From Octopus sinensis (Eukaryota): a stretch of DNA of 16,432 nucleotides. Under the pieces are notes generated by a model, which made no database searches, was not told the DNA's origin, and saw only the letters and a list, made by a program, of their open reading frames with translations. This document shows positions 8,177-16,432 of the stretch, piece after piece. The stretch covers positions 1 to 16,432 of the forward strand of contig NW_021825165.1 in assembly GCF_006345805.1 (NCBI RefSeq), written 5' to 3'. The first letter of the stretch is position 1; the number at the start of each line of letters is the position of its first letter. The position numbers were made by a program, and so were the translations under genes.

Positions 8177-9038
8177 GTATGGCATAACATCAATCATTGT
8201 TGATAGAAGGATGAACCATAGAATTTCAGCCCGTAATTCTAATGTAAAGATGTCATTTGAAGTTCGAGTAAATTTGGTGTCTTTATTTTTGTCTTTATTT
8301 CCCTTCATCTGCTTCCGTTTTTGAAAGAGGAAATTATTAAATGGCAATGAATCTTCCAGTTCTTTGAAATTGAATAAGCGAATTCTGAAATGAAAACAAA
8401 ATTCTCAAGCCATATCAAAGAGAAAATCATCAAATGAGAATGAAACCTATTTCGGATTCTGTGGTAGTTTACGGACGTGTATCTCAAGAGAATTACTTGT
8501 CCTTCCAGATAGCTGCAACAGAATTCATATAAAACGAACCAACATATTTACGAATACGCCACACGCCCGAAGCAGTAAATTTTTCCCCCTTTTCAAAGGA
8601 AGTTCCATGAATAAAATAGCAATAATATATTCAGACTAATCAATTTTGCAATTCAATTATGTATTAGTTATTTTAATTTCAAATTAAAGAGACAGTGCTT
8701 ACAAAATACAGCGAAATTCAAAACGAGAATGGAGGGAAAATAATTAAATAGAATAACAGGGAACACTGACATTGTAACGTAAACTTTAAATGAAATTCAA
8801 GAAAAGGCAAGAAGGAAATTCAATATAAAATGAGTGAAACAGAATTCCAGAGAACTCGTGATGGCATCTGTCAGCAAATAATAGAGTAAACCGTTTCGAA
8901 AAGGGAATATATTTTTTTCCATTGCGTAAGAGCTGATGTTTAATGAGTCAGGCTGAGATCATCGATGAACAGGGAAGAAATGTTTACTGACGGGCCTGAA
9001 TAAATAGATAGAAAATATCGGATGAGGGCGATAGGGTA

Positions 9039-9219
9039 GATGGATGGATGGATGATGGATGGATGGGAATATGTATATATATATATATTATATATATATA
9101 TATATATATCTATATATATATATATATATATTGATTTATATATATATTATATATATTATATATATACAGATAGATAGATAGATAAATGGATACATAGATA
9201 GATAGATGTAGATAGAAGA

Positions 9220-9277
<58 letters not shown>

Positions 9278-9323
9278 GGAAGGATGGATGGAAGGATGGA
9301 TGGATGGATGGATGGATGGATAG
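9039..9323. repeat. Compound (GATG)n-(AT)n-(GATA)n-(GATG)n microsatellite
   Basis: Directly visible tandem tetra- and dinucleotide arrays. Confidence 0.97.
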
Positions 9324-9466
9324 TAGCTGAGACAGTAAGAATTGTAATAGCGAGGAGAAATGTAATAGAGTGAGGTTAGAGGAGAAAAAAATTGTTATTA
9401 GAGATGACAGAGAGGAAAGCTCACGAATGAGACACGTAAGAACAAGTTTGGAATGAGAGAATTAAT

Positions 9467-9632
9467 GGCGCATGCGTGACTGTGGGCCAAGAAGCTAGTT
9501 CCCCACCACCATAGTTCCACGTTCGGTTTCAGTTCATGGTTCTTTGGGCAAATGTCTTCTGCAATATCCAAGGGCTGACCAAAGCCTTCTAAGGAAATTT
9601 GGTTGATGGAGTCTCAGAGAAACACGTCGTAT
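9467..9632 (+). mobile_element. Degenerate SINE family A, 5' half
   Basis: GGCGCATGCGTGACTGTG...CTTTGGGCAAATGTCTTCT...GCTGACCAAAGCCTT...CGTCGTATA parallels 13868-14030. Confidence 0.7.
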
Positions 9633-9780
9633 ACATACTTACATGCAGGTATTCAGTCCTACGTACATGCATGCATGCATGCACGCATACACACATAAAT
9701 ACATACACAAAATACAGAGGGAACACTGGGAAAGTGAATTTTTACAAGTAAGCTACCAGGTATAAAACAGTTGTTTTATC

Positions 9781-9789
9781 ATATAATAA

Positions 9790-9820
<31 letters not shown>

Positions 9821-9829
9821 GTATATGTA

Positions 9830-9887
<58 letters not shown>

Positions 9888-9892
9888 CTATC

Positions 9893-9968
<76 letters not shown>

Positions 9969-9997
9969 CATATATATATATATATACATATATATAT
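9781..9997. repeat. Compound (AT)n-(CTAT)n-(AT)n microsatellite
   Basis: (CTAT)n at about 9831-9910, flanked by (AT)n. Confidence 0.97.
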
Positions 9998-10609
9998 CCC
10001 AATTTAAACGTGAATGTTGTGTTAGAATAAGCTATACTGTTGTATATAGCACGAGAAAAAAGACTCATTTTGGCTTATACAAATTGCAAGCAGTTTTGAA
10101 TCGCTCTTGGTATTAATGTTGCCTCTGTGGCCAATACATTTTTCTGAATAATGTCACTGGCTAATCATGACACCAGCGCCTGCTCTGGGACTGTTTTCCT
10201 ATATATCGCTAGCGGGAAGATTAGTCATTGCTGTTTCTAACGGTCCAATATCCACCACTGACAAGACCAAAGAAGGTCGAAATCACATGACCTGGTGGTC
10301 TCTGCGCAGGACGTTGAGGAAATTTATCTTCTCACTGGCGATATAAACAGTAGTTTTTAAAAAAATTGTTTGCACAAAACCCAATATAACAGTTACTCCC
10401 ATGTTATCTACCGCAGTATAATCTGTGATAATGGAAAATCCACGTTTCAGTGGGGATTTAATATCATTTCACGGTCCTAATACAGTCTTTGTAACTAATA
10501 TAAATATTTTAGAAGCCATATGTATGTGAATGTTTGAAGTTCTTTCTGGCTGCGGCTTGCTCTCTCACCAATAACTAATGAGTTTAACTTCTATGAATAA
10601 ATATCTTGT

Positions 10610-10910
10610 GGAGGTACATGGCGTACTGGTTAGAGCAGTGGGCTCGCGGTCGAGGAATCGCGGGATCAAATATCAAACCAGGCGATGTGTGTGTTTATGA
10701 GTGAAACACGTAAGCTACTCGCAGCTCTGACAGAAGGTAATGGTGAAATTCTGCTGACTCTTTCGTCACAACTTTCTCTCTCTTTTTCCTCCTGCATCTT
10801 GCAGCTCAACTGCGACGGACCGGCGTCCCGTCCAGGTGGGGGAACCTATACGCCAAGGAAACCGGGAAACTGGCACTTATGAGCCAGGCATGGCTTGAGA
10901 AGGAACAGAA
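10610..10910 (+). mobile_element. tRNA-derived SINE family C, near full length
   Basis: Head GGAGGTACATGGCGTACTGGTTAGAGCAGTGGGCTCGCGGTC (A box TGGCGTACTGG). Central CTGCGACGGACCGGCGTCCCGTCCAGGTGGGGG...GGAAACCGGG. A-rich end. Confidence 0.85.
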
Positions 10911-11401
10911 ACAAATCTTCTATAAACTGGGAAGAATAATGGGAAAAGCTTCCATCATGCAGAAATAATCATTAGAATCTATTGAAAATTATACGCACAC
11001 AGCGCCTTCAATTTTGTATGTATGCAAGCGTTTGTACACGAATACATGTGCGTATCTGTGTTCGTCTATGATAGATTGGCGGGTTGTGTACTAAGGCGAA
11101 ATATCTACAGTGCTATAGATAGTAAGTGTATATTTGATGTGGTGTTTCTCTGGGGGAGAGAAGATTAGCTGTGAGAGGAAGCGTCTCAATGAAAGTACAT
11201 TGTGTTGAGCATATTCTCTTCATGTAAATAGTGTTGACACTATGTCGGTGTTACAGCGTTCGTGTTGGCCGCGGAAATTAATTCCACTTGTTTAGATAGA
11301 AAATAAACAATTGAATTAGTAAAACCAATTTGGCTTCCGACCTTTTAATCTTTACTACAATGCATCATAGCCCTTGCCAAGAATCCTATGTTGAGAAAAC
11401 A

Positions 11402-11404
<3 letters not shown>

Positions 11405-11449
<45 letters not shown>

Positions 11450-11617
11450 TAATATATATATATATGTTATATATATATATATGTTATATATATATATATA
11501 CATATATATATTATATATATATATATAATATATATATATATATACAAGAATATATACACATGGATGTATAGGCATATACGGACATGTACACACACAGACA
11601 TACACATATATTTCTCA

Positions 11618-11653
<36 letters not shown>

Positions 11654-11828
11654 CATATGTAATACTTATATGTGTATGTATATATATATTAAATATATAT
11701 ACATAAATATATATATATATATATTAGTATATATATATATATGCGTAGATGTATATATGCATATGTATCTTTTTATCTATCTATCTATAAATAATAATAT
11801 ATATACACACACACATAGACGCACACAA

Positions 11829-11870
<42 letters not shown>

Positions 11871-11885
11871 TATATATATAATACA
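11405..11885. repeat. Long interrupted (AT)n/(CA)n microsatellite field
   Basis: Directly visible; source of several spurious ORFs. Confidence 0.95.
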
Positions 11886-12039
11886 TAAAAATCTTATTTT
11901 AACACGTTTTTATGAATAAATGCTTACATACGTATACACTCTCTTACACACGTACATATGCAGGAATATGCTCGGACAGACACCCGTAACCATATTTCAA
12001 GCAAATATATGTAGATGTGTGAGTGTGCCTGTGCTTGTG

Positions 12040-12197
12040 TATGTGTGTGTGTGTGTGTGTGTGTGCGAGAAAGTGTGTGTGAGTGTATGAGTTTGTATTT
12101 GGTAGTATTATGTTTACGCATAAGTACAAAAAAATTTCATTTGTTAAGAAATACGTAAGTACATATTTGCAAACAAGAACTGATACATATGCACATA

Positions 12198-12271
<74 letters not shown>

Positions 12272-12350
12272 TATATATATATATATATATATAATAGATA
12301 TATATATATATATAGAATATATATACATATATATATAGTATATATAATCA

Positions 12351-12383
<33 letters not shown>

Positions 12384-12534
12384 TATTATATATATATATA
12401 TGTATATATATATGTGTGTGTGTATATTATATATGTATATATATATCAATGTTTGTTTCACATGAGTATATACCTATGTGTATATAAACTGAATAATACA
12501 TATGCATATACTTGCATACATGCATACATATATA

Positions 12535-12587
<53 letters not shown>

Positions 12588-12600
12588 ATTATGTATATGT
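12040..12600. repeat. (TG)n and long interrupted (AT)n microsatellite field
   Basis: (TG)n at about 12040-12066 and (AT)n at about 12200-12595. Confidence 0.95.
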
Positions 12601-13526
12601 TTGGTGTGTGTAGGTATATGTATATGATATTGTTTTCAAAAATAATATTTTTTGCGGAGAGGCAATATTAATACAGGGACATACGCATAGAATTATACAG
12701 AGAAGCATTGACAAACAAACGCAGATAATATTTACAGCGAAGATATATGTATATAACGCTAGCTGAATAAAAACTTGTTAAAAGCTTGCAGTTTTTTTTT
12801 CACCATATCATAAAAAACAAATGTGGCAAGATATATGTAATGAAAAAATATTGAAGATTGTAAGGAGAAACAAGTTAATGAAATGAAATAAATTAATGCA
12901 ATACAAGAATATATATTTATATTAATCAAACACACCAATACAAACGAGTGTATATATATATACAGTTACATAGCCGCGTGCATAGATACGTATTCCAACG
13001 TAAGACTTGTAAAGTATATTAAATTACATTTGACAGAGTGCCAAAATAATCTGATATAGAACGCGATAGTTTGTTTAGAGTGGGTAGAAAAGTTTTCGTA
13101 TAAAAGTGCTCTCAACTAAAACAACACTGAAAATTTTATGCTATAGAACAGTAACAGCTAAGGTTTTTGGAAATTCGTCATTCAACCAGATCTGAGTCGA
13201 ATCTCTAAAATTTAATATTATTCTAGAAATTTCTATTGAAGCCCAAATATATTCCTACTTAAGATGATTGTAGGAGTATCTGCGTTTATGCCTACAATTT
13301 TATATATAATAATCTCATCTATTGACAAAATTCTGTGCTGCACAGAATTTTGTGAGTGAACACTCTCTTCTATTATTTGCGGAAAAACCTGAAATTCTGA
13401 GGGATGGGATTAGATTCTTACATCAACTTCAGCGCTGAAGAAGAATGAATTTTATCCAGATGGCAAATTATATGTCGGCGGAATTTTAACTAAGACGCCG
13501 GAATGGTTGTATGTTACTGGATGGAA

Positions 13527-13845
13527 GCACTCCGTCGGTTACGACGATGAGGGTTCCGGTTGATCCGATCAACGGAACAGCCTGCTCGTGAAATTAACGT
13601 GCAAGTGGCTGAGCACTCCTCAGACACGTGTACCTTTAACGTAGTTCTCGGGGATATTCAGCGTGACACAGAGAGTGACAAGGCCGGCCCTTTCAAATAC
13701 AGGTACAACAGAAACAGGAAGTAAGAGTGAGAGAAAGTTGTGGTGAAAGTGTACAGCAGGGATTACCACCATCCCCTGCCGGAGCATCGTGGAGCTTTAG
13801 GTGTTTTCGCTCAATAAACACTCAGAACGCCCGGCCTGGGAATCG
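13527..13845 (-). mobile_element. SINE with family C-like head (5'-truncated) and a different 3' tail containing a stem-loop
   Basis: 13740-13845 reverse-complemented matches 10680-10790 (CTTTC..CACAACTTTCTCTC, TGTTTAT.GAG.GAAA.CAC). The tail at 13527-13740 differs from the 10610 copy and contains GTTCC(G)GTTGATC-C-GATCAAC-GGAAC. Confidence 0.85.
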
Positions 13846-13867
13846 TTGTATGTTAAGTAGCTTTATA

Positions 13868-14255
13868 GGCGCAGGAGTGGCTGTGTGGTAAGTAGCTTGC
13901 TTACCAACCACATGGTTGCGAATACAGTCCCACTGTGTGGCATCTTGGGCAAGTGTCTTCTACTATAGCCTCAGGCCGACAAGCGTTGTGAGTGGATTTC
14001 GTAGATGGAAACTAAAAGAAGCCCGTCGTATATATGTATATATATATATGTGTGCGTGTGTTTTTCTGTGTCTGTGTTTGTCCCCCTAGCATTGCTTGAC
14101 AACCGATGTTGGAGTGTTTATGTCCCCGTCACTTAGTGAGAGACCGATCGAATAAGTACTAGGTTTACAAAGAATAAATCACAGGGTCAATTTTCTCGAC
14201 TAAAGGTTTTGCTCCAGCATGACCGCAATCAATTAACTGAAACAAGTAAAAGAAT
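13868..14255 (+). mobile_element. tRNA-derived SINE family A, full length, with internal (TA)/(TG) tract
   Basis: GGCGCAGGAGTGGCTGTGTGGTAAG head, CTTGGGCAAGTGTCTTCTACTATAGCC, an internal microsatellite at about 14030-14065, and a 3' end GCTCCAGCATGACCGCA...AAACAAGTAAAAGAA. Four further partial copies occur in the window. Confidence 0.9.
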
Positions 14256-14365
14256 AAGAAGGCTTAAGCCGGAACACATATTGCTAAACATTTTGTCCAT
14301 CTGCCTTCATATTATCTTGTTTCTTTCTATCATAGTCACATGACCTATAACCTTGCAGGAGTGAG

Positions 14366-14535
14366 TAAGTCGATTACATGAAGCTCAAATTTCTAACTGT
14401 TACTTATTTTATCGACCCTGAAAGGATGAAAGGCAAAGAGGACCTCGGATAATTTGAACTTAGAAGCTCTAGCCAGCAGAAATGCTCCTACACATTTTGC
14501 CTCTGGATGCTGACAGTTCTGTCAGCTTGGGGCCT
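14366..14535 (-). mobile_element. SINE family B, degenerate copy
   Basis: TAAGTCGATTACAT...TACTTATTTTATCGACCCTGAAAGGATGAAAGGCAAAG...TTTGAACTTAGAA. Confidence 0.75.
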
Positions 14536-15378
14536 CGTTTGGCACTAATACTGAAATACATTTATCCCCTCAGGTACTAAACCAGAGCCAACATCTTCAG
14601 ACTTTCCTTATATGTCCTTAATTATATCTCCACATTCGCGAAGGTCGGAATTTGGAATAGACTCGAATTTCATCTCGACGCCATTTATCTCTTAATCTTT
14701 CGCCTTTTAGATATCTCAATCTTTAGATTGCGACAATGAAGTCGCATCGCCTCCAGGAATTCTTGTTGAACGAATCGAGCTCAGTACATTTTCCTTTAAT
14801 AAAATTTTAAGCTTCCTATGTATGGATTAATTCATTTTGGGACCAGTGCTCCCCTACGATTTAAACCTATCAAACTCCTAGCTTTACCACTAGGTCTCTA
14901 GGACGCAGCACCACCAACATTTGTTGGGACACGCTATATATATACATAGGAGATAAAAATGAAAACTAAATATTAAGTACAGGACATCCCCAATAAACGA
15001 AAAATGCGTAAAAACACAACGAGAGAAAAGTACGGGAGAAAATACCTAAAGAAGTCTAACTCCTCCTCAGTTGTCGACTGTATATTACAACATGTTTTGG
15101 GATATATATATATGTATCTTTATATATCGCCATGATTGATCTTCAAATATACATGTTTTTTTTTTTTTTAAATTCTCTCTCTCTCTTTATTCCCGCGTGT
15201 TCCTATCTGCCAAAGCATCAAAAACACTTTGTCACTTTCTCGAGCGCCAAACTAATACACCTGTCTTTGTCGAATTTTTTACTGTAACTTTCAACTATAT
15301 ATATATATATATATATACATATATATACATAATATATAAACATATATAAATTACATATACATATATAATAATAATTAT

Positions 15379-15419
<41 letters not shown>

Positions 15420-15540
15420 CATATGTAAATATATATATATATATACATACATGTATATATATATATATACCGGATATAAACACATAAATGTGAACAAGGT
15501 GGAGGAAAGAGTACTCAAATACCAGTGGTAGAGTAATATG

Positions 15541-15672
15541 CTTTATTTTAAGCAGAAGAAAATTCAACAAATCTGTTACTCTGAGTTTCTCGTTGCCGTT
15601 CATCAGACAGTTTGAACGGCAACGAGAAACTCAGAGTAACAGATGTTGAATTTTCTGCTGCTTAAAATAAAG
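15541..15672. repeat. Long near-perfect inverted repeat (62- and 60-bp arms, 10-nt spacer)
   Basis: 15541-15602 versus the reverse complement of 15613-15672 differ by one substitution and one 2-nt indel. The spacer is TCAGACAGTT. Confidence 0.95.
15568..15614 (-). ncRNA. Minimal type I hammerhead ribozyme motif (PLE type)
   Basis: Minus strand reads CAAACUGU-CUGAUGA-ACG-GCAA-CGA-GAAA-CUC-A-GAG-UA-ACAGAUUUG. The CUGAUGA core is intact. Stem I is CAAA-CUGU/ACAG-(A)-UUUG. Stem II is CG/CG with a GNRA loop and an A.A mismatch at 10.1-11.1. Stem III is quasi-palindromic ACUCAGAGU. The triplet is GUA, with predicted cleavage between 15577 and 15576. Confidence 0.75.
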
Positions 15673-15690
15673 TATATATATATATATATA

Positions 15691-15739
<49 letters not shown>

Positions 15740-15771
15740 GCATATATAATATCGATATATCATATACTATA

Positions 15772-15804
<33 letters not shown>

Positions 15805-16353
15805 CAATATATATATATACATATATAATATATACATATATATATATACATATATATATATATATCTATTATATATATATAATATATATATATATATATG
15901 CGTGGGTGCTTACTCATTTCCCCACATCCTTGGCTTCTTATATTCGTTGATATCATTTGTGATGCTATCTCAAGTTTTCCAATTCATTGTTTCATTTTCA
16001 AAGGTGTATAATTTTCTTCGTTTCCCGACTTCATCGTCTCATATTTCCGAAGTATAATTTGCCGCTTATTATTTTCTCTATTCAATTTTCTACCTGTAAT
16101 TTAGTTCATCCAAGTCTCGTTTATATTTCATATCTTTCATGAAATTCCATATCTGTTCTGTTTCTGATATTCCGTTGTTTTCTTTTTGTGTTTTGTTTTA
16201 TTTTGTTTTTCTTTCTATTCTTTTTGTCTTTATCCTGTTTGATTATTTCTTTTGCTGAAAGTAAAAATTATTTCACCGAAAATGCTAACTGTTCATTTTT
16301 CAATGGCTGCTATAGACAGTTCGTTGGTAAAATAAAATTCAATAAAACATCTG

Positions 16354-16418
16354 GCACTCCGGCGCTAACGACGACGTGTGAACCAAATGATCCGAATCAT
16401 GGAACAGACTGCTCGGGT
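16354..16418 (-). mobile_element. Degenerate 3' tail of the SINE seen at 13527-13845
   Basis: GCACTCCGGCGCTAACGACGAC...TGATCCGAATCATGGAACAGACTGCTCG aligns with GCACTCCGTCGGTTACGACGAT...TGATCCGATCAACGGAACAGCCTGCTCG at 13527-13590. Confidence 0.7.
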
Positions 16419-16432
16419 AAGAAATGGGCAAT

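Larger units (their letters stand above)
15296..15898. repeat. (AT)n field interrupted by a roughly 200-bp insertion at 15470-15672
   Basis: (AT)n at 15296-15468 and 15673-15898 flank a unique cassette on both sides. Confidence 0.95.

Noticed and set aside
10141-10470. Roughly 60-codon open frames on both strands in a unique segment
   Set aside because: No recognisable motif and no convincing splice-site pair; the length is within chance expectation.
14711-14830. Possible phase-0 exon ISQSLDCDNEVASPPGILVERIELSTFSFNKILSFL after a pyrimidine tract
   Set aside because: It adjoins a repeat remnant, has two competing acceptors, and the peptide has no recognisable relation to the upstream candidates.
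756-15956. Numerous ORFs rich in YIYI, VCVC, THTH or LSIY in the supplied track
   Set aside because: They are translations of (AT)n, (GT)n, (CA)n and (CTAT)n microsatellites, which lack stop codons by construction.
1-16432. CRISPR arrays, operons, rRNA genes or intact transposase/RT genes
   Set aside because: No regularly spaced repeats with unique spacers, no long intact ORFs and no rRNA-like sequence; the composition is eukaryotic repeat-rich DNA.

Overview
AT-rich eukaryotic genomic DNA, most likely intronic or intergenic sequence from a coleoid cephalopod (Octopus-like). That assignment is an inference from the SINE families and the extreme density of (AT)n/(GT)n/(GATA)n microsatellites. 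There is no complete gene, prokaryotic system or CRISPR array, and nearly all ORFs in the supplied track are microsatellite artefacts. The window is a patchwork of microsatellites and at least three tRNA-derived SINE families in many full and partial copies. It also holds small (TA)n-associated cassettes that look like remnants of Penelope-like elements (PLEs). The best-supported hidden signal is three different type I hammerhead ribozyme motifs (981-1085, 1459-1507, 15568-15614). All lie on the minus strand, each carries a core or stem II deviation, and two sit inside long inverted repeats. A unique-sequence island at about 7130-8600 and a short segment at 4659-4715 contain plausible but unproven plus-strand coding exons: one signal-peptide-like and one with an Ig-like C...WYKDG pattern. 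Inverted SINE pairs could form long dsRNA. All alignments and folds were done by eye.
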